Shown here: positions 7,120 to 15,333 of the stretch, one piece after another
How positions within the stretch are numbered: position 1 is the first letter of the stretch
Layout of the letters: each line of letters begins with the position of its first letter
Source: Geomobilimonas luticola
GTDB taxonomy: Bacteria; Desulfobacterota; Desulfuromonadia; Geobacterales; Geobacteraceae
Direction of reading: 5' to 3'
Assembly: GCF_018476905.1 (NCBI RefSeq)
Contig: NZ_JAHCVK010000010.1
Span: 7,806-31,805, forward strand
Length of the DNA: 24,000 nucleotides
The notes under the pieces: generated by a model
What the model saw: only the letters and a program-made list of their open reading frames with translations
Told to the model about the DNA's origin: nothing
Database searches by the model: none
Position numbers and translations under genes: made by a program

Positions 7120-8835
7120 ATGAAAAATGCATTACTGGCGACACTCGTTCTTTCCTCGCTGCTGTCTGCCTGCACGGCAGGCCAGATCAGAAATGATGAT
7201 GTTTCGGCTGTTTCTCCCCACACGACTCTGAATATCAGCGACTCGCGAGCGATGTACATCTTTTCGCTCGCCCGGATCCATGCCCTGGATGGCGATCTGG
7301 ATGGTGCTCTGGCGCTTATGCTTGCCGCTGCGGAAGCCGACCCGAAGGGGGCTTATCTCCAGACAGCGATCGCAACCGTTTACGCCAAGATGAACCGGTA
7401 CCAGGAAGCCCTGGATGCCTGCGAAAGAGCCATCACACTCGACCCGAAGAGCGCTGAGCCCCACATTCTGGCCGGCGGCATCCTTGTCGGGATGAAGCGG
7501 GACCGGGAGGCGAGTCTCCACTACAAGCAGGCGATCGAAATCGATCCGACCAAGGAGGATGTCTACCTTCAACTGGCTGTCGTGTATGTGAAACTGTTCG
7601 AATACGAGGAAGCGGTCAAGACCCTCAAGGACCTTCTCAAGGTGGTTCCCGATTCGCATCTCGGCAATTATTACCTCGGCAAGACCTACGACCAGATGAA
7701 GCTCTCGAAAGAGGCGATCGGGTATTACCGGAAGGCAGTCGAACTGAAACCGGATTTCGAGCAGGCCCTCCTCGACCTGGCAATCAGCCAGGAAACCCAC
7801 GGCCTCTATGGCGACGCCATTGCAGCCTATAAACAGCTGCTTGAGGTAAATCCCCTCAACTACAATGTCATTCACCACCTGATCCAGCTCTATATCCAGC
7901 AGCAGCGCCTGGAAGATGCGCTTTCACTTCTCTCTGAAATCAAGCACTCGGGGGTGAGCACCCTCGATGTGCAGCGGAAGATCGGCCTGATCTATCTGGA
8001 GCTGGAGCGGTATGACGACGCCATAGCCGAATTCAACGACATTCTCGCTAAGGAGCCGGAGGCGCACCAGGCACGCTTCTACCTCGCTTCCGCCTACGAG
8101 GAGATCGAGGAGAATGAAAAGGCGATTGCCGAGTTCGGCAAAATTCCGCGGGATAGCGCCAGCTACGTCGATGCCCAGGTACACATCGCCTATCTCTATA
8201 AGGATAATGGTGAACCGGCACGTGGTCTGGAAATTCTTGAAGCACTCATCGCGGCCTATCCGGACAAGGTCGAAGTATACCTCAATCTGGCCGGCTACCA
8301 TGATTCTCTCGGCAAACCGGAGAAAGGGCTCAAGACGCTTACCGATGTGGAGAGCCGCTTTCCGAGCGATCCCCGCCTGCAGTTTCGCCTCGGTGTTCTC
8401 TTCGACAAGGTGGGGAAGAAGGATGAGTCAATCGCCCGGATGAAAAAGGTGCTGACACTGGTGCCCGACGATGCCCAGGCCCTCAACTACCTGGGGTACA
8501 CCTATGCCGAACTCGGGACCAACCTGGATCAGGCGCTCCAGTACCTGACACGAGCGGTGGCGCTGCGTCCCGATGACGGCTTCATCCTTGACAGCCTGGG
8601 ATGGGTATACTTCAAGCTCAAGCGTTACGACGATGCCATCGAACAGCTGGAGAAGGCACTGACGCTTGTGGACGACGATGCCACCATCACCGCGCATCTC
8701 GCCGACGTCTATTATGCAAGGCATGACATCCGCAAGGCGCTTGCCCTCTACCGCAAGGCTCTCAGGCTGGACCCGGAGCGCCGGGACGTGGCGGACAGGA
8801 TCAGGAAAATCAAGGCGGAGATCGGCGAAAAATGA
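7120..8835 (+). CDS. TPR-repeat lipoprotein
   Basis: The lipoprotein signal 'MKNALLATLVLSSLLSAC' begins at ATG 7120, an internal Met of the 7072 ORF. More than 12 tandem 34-aa TPR-like units follow (e.g. 'AYLQTAIATVYAKMNRYQEALDACERAITLDPKS'). The stop overlaps the next gene's start (ATGA). Confidence 0.85.
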   Translation: MKNALLATLVLSSLLSACTAGQIRNDDVSAVSPHTTLNISDSRAMYIFSLARIHALDGDLDGALALMLAAAEADPKGAYLQTAIATVYAKMNRYQEALDACERAITLDPKSAEPHILAGGILVGMKRDREASLHYKQAIEIDPTKEDVYLQLAVVYVKLFEYEEAVKTLKDLLKVVPDSHLGNYYLGKTYDQMKLSKEAIGYYRKAVELKPDFEQALLDLAISQETHGLYGDAIAAYKQLLEVNPLNYNVIHHLIQLYIQQQRLEDALSLLSEIKHSGVSTLDVQRKIGLIYLELERYDDAIAEFNDILAKEPEAHQARFYLASAYEEIEENEKAIAEFGKIPRDSASYVDAQVHIAYLYKDNGEPARGLEILEALIAAYPDKVEVYLNLAGYHDSLGKPEKGLKTLTDVESRFPSDPRLQFRLGVLFDKVGKKDESIARMKKVLTLVPDDAQALNYLGYTYAELGTNLDQALQYLTRAVALRPDDGFILDSLGWVYFKLKRYDDAIEQLEKALTLVDDDATITAHLADVYYARHDIRKALALYRKALRLDPERRDVADRIRKIKAEIGEK

Positions 8836-10451
8836 ACCGCTGCCGGCTCGTCTGCCTGGTACTGCTCGTTTTTTCTCTCGCTGCCTGTAATGAAGGGAAA
8901 CAGGCAGTTCCCGCCGGTCCGCGGCTTCCAGGCATCCCTGCCTACGGAGATGCCCTGGTGGCGGGCTCCATCGGTGAACCCTCGACCCTTCTCCCTCTGC
9001 TGGCCTCCGACAGCGCGTCCCGGGATGTTGCGGGGCAAATCTACAACGGGCTGGTAAGGTACGACAAGAATCTGAAGCTTGAGGGTGATCTGGCCGAGAA
9101 ATGGGAGATTTCCCGCGATGGTCTTACCATAACCTTTCACCTGCGCAAGGGTGTAACGTGGCATGATGGCCAACCGTTCACTTCCCGTGATGTTCTCTAT
9201 ACCTACCGGGTCACCATAGACCCCAAAACCCCCACAGCCTATGCCGAGAATTTCAAACAGGTGAAACGGGCTGAAGCGCCCGACCCTTATACTTTCAGGG
9301 TCACCTATGCAAAGCCTTTCGCTCCTGCCCTGGAGTCGTGGGGGGTCGAGATTCTCCCTGCCCATCTTCTGGAAGGCAAGGATGTCACCAGGAGCGAACT
9401 GGCTCGCCAGCCGGTAGGAACCGGCCCGTACCGCTTCAAGGAGTGGATTGCCGGCCAGAAGCTCGTGCTGGAATCCAACCATGACTATTACGAGGGAAGA
9501 CCGTACATCGATCGCTACGTCTACCGGATCATCCCCGATACTGCCACCATGTACATGGAGCTCAAGGCGGGCGGGCTCGACATGATGGGGCTCACGCCGG
9601 TGCAGTACCAGCGGCAGACCACCACGAAGGAATTCCTTTCCCGTTTCAACAAATACCGCTATCCCGCTTCCGCCTATACCTACCTGGGGTACAATCTCCG
9701 CCATCCGCTGTTCAGCGACCGACGGGTCAGGCAGGCCATCACGTCGGCCATCAGCAAGGATGAGATCATCCAGGGGGTGCAGTTTGGCATGGGGCAGGTG
9801 GCCCACGGTCCCTATAAACCCGGCACGTGGGCCTATAATCCCAACGTGCGTGACTTCACCTACAATCCCGACCGGGCCCGAGCGCTTCTGGCAGAAGCGG
9901 GCTGGCGAGACAAGAACGACGACGGCATCCTGGTCAAGGACGGCAAGCCGTTTTCCTTCACCATCCTGACCAACCAGGGGAACGACCAACGTCTGAAAAC
10001 CGCGCTCATTATCCAGCAGCGCCTGAAGGCGGTTGGCATCGAGGTCAAGATACGGACCATAGAATGGGCCTCCTTCCTCAAGAATTTCATCGACAAGGGT
10101 GATTTCCAGGCGATCATTCTCGGCTGGACCATCGGCCAGGACCCGGACCTGTTCGACGTCTGGCATTCCAGCAAGACGGGGCCCCGGGAGCTGAACTTCG
10201 TCGGTTACAAAAATGCGGAAGTTGACCGGCTCATCGAACAGGGACGGGGGACCTTCGATCAGGAGGAGCGCAGGCGCTGTTACTACCGTATCCAGGAGAT
10301 ACTGGCGGAGGACCAGCCCTATACGTTCCTCTATGTTCCCGATGCCCTGCCGGTGGTGAGCGCGCGGTTCCGGGGAATCGAACCGGCTCCGGCGGGGATC
10401 ATGCACAATTTCATCAGGTGGTATGTGCCGAAAGGGGAGCAGGTGTACTGA
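8832..10451 (+). CDS. ABC transporter substrate-binding lipoprotein, family 5 (Opp/Dpp/Nik/Gsi type)
   Basis: 539-aa ORF with lipobox 'LVFSLAAC'. Contains a family-5 SBP-like block '[21 protein letters not shown]'. Size is typical for the family, and the gene is followed by two Dpp-type permease genes. Confidence 0.9.
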   Translation: MNRCRLVCLVLLVFSLAACNEGKQAVPAGPRLPGIPAYGDALVAGSIGEPSTLLPLLASDSASRDVAGQIYNGLVRYDKNLKLEGDLAEKWEISRDGLTITFHLRKGVTWHDGQPFTSRDVLYTYRVTIDPKTPTAYAENFKQVKRAEAPDPYTFRVTYAKPFAPALESWGVEILPAHLLEGKDVTRSELARQPVGTGPYRFKEWIAGQKLVLESNHDYYEGRPYIDRYVYRIIPDTATMYMELKAGGLDMMGLTPVQYQRQTTTKEFLSRFNKYRYPASAYTYLGYNLRHPLFSDRRVRQAITSAISKDEIIQGVQFGMGQVAHGPYKPGTWAYNPNVRDFTYNPDRARALLAEAGWRDKNDDGILVKDGKPFSFTILTNQGNDQRLKTALIIQQRLKAVGIEVKIRTIEWASFLKNFIDKGDFQAIILGWTIGQDPDLFDVWHSSKTGPRELNFVGYKNAEVDRLIEQGRGTFDQEERRRCYYRIQEILAEDQPYTFLYVPDALPVVSARFRGIEPAPAGIMHNFIRWYVPKGEQVY

Positions 10452-11440
10452 TGCTCTATTATCTCGCCAAACGTCTGCTGCTGATGATCCCGCTTCTCGT
10501 CGGCATAACCGTCATCACCTTTACGGTTATCCACCTCGCTCCCGGGGAGCCGGTGGAGATGCAGGTAGCCATGAACCCCAAGGTGTCGGCGGAGGCCCGG
10601 GAACGGCTGCGCAAGTTCTATGAACTGGACAAGCCGCTTCACGTGCAGTACGCCAAGTGGGTCTCCCGGTTGGTGCGGCTCGATTTCGGCCGGTCTTTCG
10701 CCCCCGACGGCCGTCCCGTCATCACCAAGATCCGGGAGCGGCTGCCGGTAACCATCTCTCTCAATCTTATCGTTCTCATCCTTGAATTCGCCCTCGCCAT
10801 CCCCATCGGCATCATGGCCGCAACCCATCGCGACGGTCCCCTCGACCGCTGGACCACGGTATTCGTCTTTCTCGGCTTCGCAACGCCGCTCTTCTGGCTC
10901 AGTCTCATCCTCATGTATCTGTTCGGCGTCAAGCTCGACTGGCTCCCCATTTCCGGGCTTCACTCTCTCGGATACGAGGCCCACGGCTTCTGGTGGCGGG
11001 TTGGAGATATGGCAAAGCATCTCGTCATTCCCCTTGGGGTCGCGACCTTCGGCAGCCTGGCCGGTCTGTCCCGCTATATGCGGACCGGCATGATCGAGGT
11101 GCTTGGACAGGATTACATCATGACCGCCCGGGCCAAAGGCCTGCCGGAACGGGTCGTCATCTACCGTCATGCCCTGCGCAACGCGCTCCTGCCTGCCATC
11201 ACCATTCTTGGCCTGTCGATACCGGCGCTCATCGGTGGCAGTGTCATTTTCGAAAGCATCTTCGCCATTCCCGGCATGGGGAAACTCTTCATGGACGGGG
11301 TCATGGCCCGCGATTATCCGCTGGTAATGGGGGTTCTTGTCATCGGTGCCGTGCTGACTCTGCTCGGCAACCTGCTGGCAGACCTGGCCTATGCCATAGC
11401 CGATCCCCGCATACGACACGGGCGGGAGCGTGCGTTATGA
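10451..11440 (+). CDS. ABC transporter permease (DppB/OppB-like)
   Basis: The likely start is ATG 10451 ('[16 protein letters not shown]...'), overlapping the SBP stop (TGATG). Multi-TM protein with the EAA-loop region '[27 protein letters not shown]'. Confidence 0.9.
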   Translation: MLYYLAKRLLLMIPLLVGITVITFTVIHLAPGEPVEMQVAMNPKVSAEARERLRKFYELDKPLHVQYAKWVSRLVRLDFGRSFAPDGRPVITKIRERLPVTISLNLIVLILEFALAIPIGIMAATHRDGPLDRWTTVFVFLGFATPLFWLSLILMYLFGVKLDWLPISGLHSLGYEAHGFWWRVGDMAKHLVIPLGVATFGSLAGLSRYMRTGMIEVLGQDYIMTARAKGLPERVVIYRHALRNALLPAITILGLSIPALIGGSVIFESIFAIPGMGKLFMDGVMARDYPLVMGVLVIGAVLTLLGNLLADLAYAIADPRIRHGRERAL

Positions 11441-12297
11441 CCCGGCGTGACAGTTACCTGCGGGACGTGGTCTGGCGGCGGTTCCGGGAAAACCGGTTTG
11501 CCCTGGCCGGAGGTATGGTGGTGCTTGCCCTGTTCGTACTGTCGATCCTGGCCCCGTTCATAACCCCCTACGAACCGAACTCACTCGATGCCTATCATGT
11601 CCTGCTTCCGCCATCATCAGCCCACTGGTTCGGTACCGACGAGGTGGGGCGTGACGTCTTCACCCGCATGCTCTACGGCGCCCAGATATCCCTCAAGGTC
11701 GGTTTTGTCGCCGTCGGCATCGCCACCCTCATTGGCACCGTCGTCGGCCTCGTGTCCGGTTATTATGGCGGCTGGCTGGACAGCCTGCTGATGCGGTTCG
11801 TCGACATCATGTTCTGCTTCCCGACCTTTTTCCTGATTCTGGCAGTGATAGCCCTTCTGGAGCCCTCCATCTGGTACATCATGCTGATCATCGGCCTTAC
11901 GGGATGGATGGGGGTAGCCCGGCTGGTGCGGGCCGAGGTCCTTTCCATCAGGGAACGGGACTATGTCCTGGCGGCCCGGGTGATCGGCTGTTCCGATATG
12001 CGCATCATCTTTCGCCACATTCTCCCCAACGCCGTGGGGCCGGTTCTGGTGTACGCCACCCTCGGCATCGCCGGCGCCATCCTGACCGAGTCGTCCCTCT
12101 CCTTCCTCGGCATCGGCGTTCCGCCTCCTACGCCGAGCTGGGGGAACATTCTGGCATCCGGCAAGGAATTCCTCGAATTCGCCTGGTGGCTTTTCCTCTT
12201 TCCCGGTCTCGCCATCATGGTCACCGTTCTCTCCTACTACCTGGTGGGGGAGGGGATTCGGGACGCCATCGATCCCCGGTTCAGCTCTCGTCGGTGA
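11437..12297 (+). CDS. ABC transporter permease (DppC/OppC-like)
   Basis: ATG 11437 overlaps the previous stop (ATGA). The protein starts '[16 protein letters not shown]...' and has the EAA-loop region '[27 protein letters not shown]'. The 10993 ORF-track start is an out-of-context extension lying inside the preceding gene. Confidence 0.9.
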   Translation: MTRRDSYLRDVVWRRFRENRFALAGGMVVLALFVLSILAPFITPYEPNSLDAYHVLLPPSSAHWFGTDEVGRDVFTRMLYGAQISLKVGFVAVGIATLIGTVVGLVSGYYGGWLDSLLMRFVDIMFCFPTFFLILAVIALLEPSIWYIMLIIGLTGWMGVARLVRAEVLSIRERDYVLAARVIGCSDMRIIFRHILPNAVGPVLVYATLGIAGAILTESSLSFLGIGVPPPTPSWGNILASGKEFLEFAWWLFLFPGLAIMVTVLSYYLVGEGIRDAIDPRFSSRR

Positions 12298-12355
12298 ATA
12301 ATGTGGGTACCATTCGTCACGCACGGATATTTCACGCAAGCAGAGGTAACGCACC

Positions 12356-12859
12356 ATGTCAGCCAGTTATGCGGAACTGAAGATCAATAAAAAGGATTTC
12401 GACCAGGAAACCCTGGATGATGCTCTTCGCGTCGATCGTCTCTGCCAGGATCTCCTGCGGGGGTTCTACGATGCACTCCTGGAAGGGGGGGAGTCTCCCG
12501 AAGCGGCGACCCGCCTAGCGAACGGAGCCGATTACTATGTCCGTGATTTCGTCGTGGACAACCGGTCGCGCAACGTATTCGACGAGCGTCCAGGCCTTGT
12601 TCGCCAGTTTGCCGGTAACTGGTACATCGTGAGCACCATCGAGCCTGATATTGCCCAGCTTGGCCGGTACCTGGAGGGAATTCTCTCCTTTTACCGCTAT
12701 CTCCATGGCCGCAAGCTCGTTTCCGACCGTTTTCTCCGGCAGGTCGAGCAGGAATGTGGCGATCTGGCCTTCTACGAGCGCCGGATCGAGGAGTTCTGGG
12801 CTATCAAGGGGGACGGGTATGTCGCCTGGGAAAAGGGCTGCAGTCTGAAGGAGGATTGA
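12356..12859 (+). CDS. Hypothetical cytoplasmic protein (167 aa), no family recognised
   Basis: ORF with AGAGGT before the ATG. It ends 2 nt before the next gene's start. No TM segment and no motif I recognise. Confidence 0.6.
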   Translation: MSASYAELKINKKDFDQETLDDALRVDRLCQDLLRGFYDALLEGGESPEAATRLANGADYYVRDFVVDNRSRNVFDERPGLVRQFAGNWYIVSTIEPDIAQLGRYLEGILSFYRYLHGRKLVSDRFLRQVEQECGDLAFYERRIEEFWAIKGDGYVAWEKGCSLKED

Positions 12860-12861
12860 CG

Positions 12862-13725
12862 ATGCCGGACCGGTGGGAAACAGTGATAGGGAGGCTTGAG
12901 AGTTTTCTGGCAAAGGCGGAAGTTCTCATGGACCGCTATGGGGTGTCCGAACCGCTGGACGAGACTGTTTTCACCCAGTGCCAGGCGTTCCGCTGGGAAG
13001 GGAAGGGGGGCGCCGGCCGCCTTGTACCGGTTCGGCACCCCCACCTGCCCGATCTGGACGACCTGGTCGGAGTCGATATTGCCAAAGCGGAACTGGTGCG
13101 CAACACCGCCCAGTTCGTCGCTGGCCGGCCTGCCAACAACGTTCTCCTCTGGGGGGAGCGAGGGACCGGCAAATCATCCTGCGTCAAAGGGCTCCTGCGG
13201 CTATTTGCCGACCATGGCCTGCGCCTGATCGAGGTGGAGCGGGGAGAACTCCTGAGCCTGCCACGGATATCGGCACTTGTCCGCTGTGTACCCTACCGGT
13301 TCATTGTTTTCTGTGACGACCTCTCCTTTGCCGCGGGGGACGCCACGTACCAGGAGTTGAAAACCCTTCTTGATGGCGGAATCGAAGCACGTCCCGGCAA
13401 TATGCTCATCTATGCCACCTCCAATCGGCGCCACCTGATGCCCGAAACGATGGGGGACAACCTCCGGGAGGAGATCCATCCGGAGGAGGCGGTTTCCGAC
13501 AAGCTTTCCCTGGCCGACCGGTTCGGCCTCACCCTCAGTTTCCATCCCTTCAGCCAGGATACCTATCTTGCCATCGTTGACCATTACGCCGACAGCCTGG
13601 GACTTGACACAAACCGGGATGACCTGCGACGGGAGGCACTCAGGTGGGCGCTCTACAAGGGGCAACGGTCGGGCAGGGCGGCACGCCAGTTCATCGACGA
13701 CCTGGCGGGAAGGATTGACGCGTGA
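12862..13725 (+). CDS. DUF815-family AAA-type ATP-binding protein
   Basis: ATG 12862 has GAAGGAGGA ending 6 nt upstream. Contains Walker A 'LLWGERGTGKSS', 'FIVFCDDLSF' (Walker B) and 'LIYATSNRRHLMPE', which match my memory of the DUF815 (PF05673) consensus. Confidence 0.8.
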   Translation: MPDRWETVIGRLESFLAKAEVLMDRYGVSEPLDETVFTQCQAFRWEGKGGAGRLVPVRHPHLPDLDDLVGVDIAKAELVRNTAQFVAGRPANNVLLWGERGTGKSSCVKGLLRLFADHGLRLIEVERGELLSLPRISALVRCVPYRFIVFCDDLSFAAGDATYQELKTLLDGGIEARPGNMLIYATSNRRHLMPETMGDNLREEIHPEEAVSDKLSLADRFGLTLSFHPFSQDTYLAIVDHYADSLGLDTNRDDLRREALRWALYKGQRSGRAARQFIDDLAGRIDA

Positions 13726-14891
13726 CACAGAAACCGCTTTCAGCAGGGGGTATTCGTTCCGTGAAACCGGTGGAGCCGTGCTCGAGCGTTTCGCCTGAAG
13801 GGCCGGAGATTGACAAGCCTCCCTGTTGAGGCCCCAAGACACCCGCGGTCAGCGGGTCCATCGACGAGAATGTTCCCGGGTTCATCCGCTGGCTGGAGAC
13901 CCTGGTTGGCAGGGTGCCGGTCATCTCCTCCACCCTCCGTTTCCGCGACCGTGCCGGTGCCTGGAAGGCGCGCTGGGGGATCGGCAGGATGTCCTACCTG
14001 GTGCCGCCGGGGCTCTACGCCATCGGAACCCCCGGCCCCGCCGATCCGGTGGCGGTTACCGCCAACTACAAGATGAGCTACGACCTGGTGCGGCAAGCCA
14101 TGGCGGGACGTGATATCTGGCTTCTGGTGCTGGAGACGTATGGCATCAATGTCTGGTGTGCGGCGGGGAAGGGAACCTTCGGTACCGGCGAGCTGGTACG
14201 CCGGCTGGAGGCGAGCGGCCTGGCCCGGGTGGTGACGCATCGCACCATTCTCCTGCCGCTCCTTGGGGCGCCAGGTGTCAAGGCACAGGAAGTCAGGCAG
14301 CGGACCGGCTTCACCGCCAGGTTCACCACCATCCGGATCGAAGACCTCCCCCTCTACCTCGACAACGGTCAGAAGGCCACCCCGGCCATGGGGGAACTCA
14401 CCTTTACCGCGGGGGAGCGGCTGGTGCTCGTTCCTGTCGAATTGGTTTCCGCACTCAAGGTTTCACTCCCTATCCTTGCGGTCCTTTACCTTCTGGCGGG
14501 TATGGCGTACGGTTTTACAGCTCCGGCTGCTTTTTTCCCTCTCGTGGTCTGGCTTGGGGGTGTGATCGCCGGGGCCGTGGTAACCCCCGTGCTGCTCCCG
14601 TGGCTGCCGACGCCAAGCTTTGCGGTTAAAGGGGCACTGGCCGGATTGCTCTTGGCACTGCTCTTTGCCGGCCTTTCCGCTACGGGGAGACGGCTGGAAT
14701 CGGCGGCGCTTTTTCTTGTCCTGCCGGCGGTGAGCGCCTTTTTCTCCCTTAATTTCACCGGCAGCACCCCCTTTACTTCCCGCTCGGGCGTGAAGAAAGA
14801 GATGCGCATTTCCCTGCCGCTCATGGCCGTAGCCGTCCTCGCCGGTGTTGCGGCATGGGTTGCGGGAATGTTAGCTCCCCTCTACCACTAA
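13722..14891 (+). CDS. hgcA: Mercury-methylation corrinoid protein HgcA; model includes an N-terminal extension read through in-frame TGA 13827-13829 (candidate Sec). The conservative model starts at GTG 13914.
   Basis: Diagnostic cap-helix motif 'GINVWCAAGKGTFGT' (NVWCAAGK at 14148-14171), preceded by 'RWGIGRM...PGLYAIG...VTANYKMSYD'. The C-terminal part is polytopic membrane domain. A GTGA overlap with the DUF815 stop and the GGGAAGGA SD support a start at 13722. The only in-frame stop between 13722 and 14891 is the TGA at 13827. Confidence 0.9.
13841..13857 (+). promoter_or_regulatory. SECIS-like stem-loop 11 nt downstream of the in-frame UGA in hgcA
   Basis: ACCCGC-GGUCA-GCGGGU: a perfect 6-bp stem with a 5-nt GGUCA loop, 17 nt in total, beginning 11 nt after TGA 13827-13829. 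Confidence 0.5.
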
Positions 14892-14904
14892 CAGGAGAGG
14901 CCCT

Positions 14905-15195
14905 TTGAAAGGTTTCAGCTATCTGAAAAACGTGGCAACCCTGGAACTTGACCAAGACACCTGTATCGGTTGCGGGATGTGCGCGGTAGTCTGTCCCCAC
15001 CAGGTGTTTTCTCTCGAAGGAAGAAAGGCAGCTATTCGCGCCTTCGATGCCTGCATGGAGTGCGGTGCCTGTGCCCTCAACTGTCCGGTAAAGGCAATAA
15101 ACGTGGATGCGGGGGTCGGCTGTGCGGCGGGAATGATCAACGAATGGTTCGACAGTCTTAACCTGCGGCGTCGCAGGGGGGATGGCTGCTGCTGA
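14905..15195 (+). CDS. hgcB: Mercury-methylation ferredoxin HgcB (2x[4Fe-4S])
   Basis: 96-aa ORF with a TTG start; AGGAGAGG ends 4 nt upstream. Two CxxCxxCxxxCP clusters ('CIGCGMCAVVCP', 'CMECGACALNCP', the latter containing the HgcB-typical ECGAC). An extra Cys occurs in 'GVGCAAG', and the protein ends in a 'GCC' pair. It lies 13 nt after hgcA. Confidence 0.92.
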   Translation: MKGFSYLKNVATLELDQDTCIGCGMCAVVCPHQVFSLEGRKAAIRAFDACMECGACALNCPVKAINVDAGVGCAAGMINEWFDSLNLRRRRGDGCC

Positions 15196-15273
15196 AACCG
15201 CCTCCACTCCAGCCCTTTATGCCGCTCCGGCTGGCAAGCGGCATCTGTCCCACTTTTAATATCCTGAATGAAA

Positions 15274-15302
15274 TTGACTCGGAAGGGAAAAAGTGTTAAC
15301 AG
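15274..15302 (+). promoter_or_regulatory. Possible sigma70 promoter (extended -10) for the carbonic anhydrase gene
   Basis: TTGACT (15274-15279) - 17 nt - TAACAG (15297-15302), with TG at 15294-15295. It overlaps an inverted repeat GTGTTAA/TTAACAC. Confidence 0.3.
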
Positions 15303-15333
15303 TGTCTAACTTTAACACCATGGAGGAATGGAA

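Noticed and set aside
10993-11436. 5' extension of the second permease ORF (the ORF track starts at 10993).
   Set aside because: The extension lies wholly inside the first permease gene in another frame and encodes Arg/His/Gly-rich nonsense. ATG 11437, with its ATGA overlap, gives a normal DppC-like N-terminus.
13726-13913. Possible cobalamin riboswitch or other leader RNA upstream of the corrinoid-protein gene.
   Set aside because: No B12-box-like sequence is present. The region reads as an open, protein-like frame continuous with hgcA, so it is better explained as coding sequence with a recoded UGA.
13914-14891. GTG 13914 as the true hgcA start (the conventional ORF-track model).
   Set aside because: Not fully rejected, but disfavoured. 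It has no spaced SD. It would leave 84 nt of in-frame, protein-like, start-codon-free sequence untranslated, and it ignores the GTGA-coupled, SD-preceded start at 13722. It is kept as the conservative alternative.
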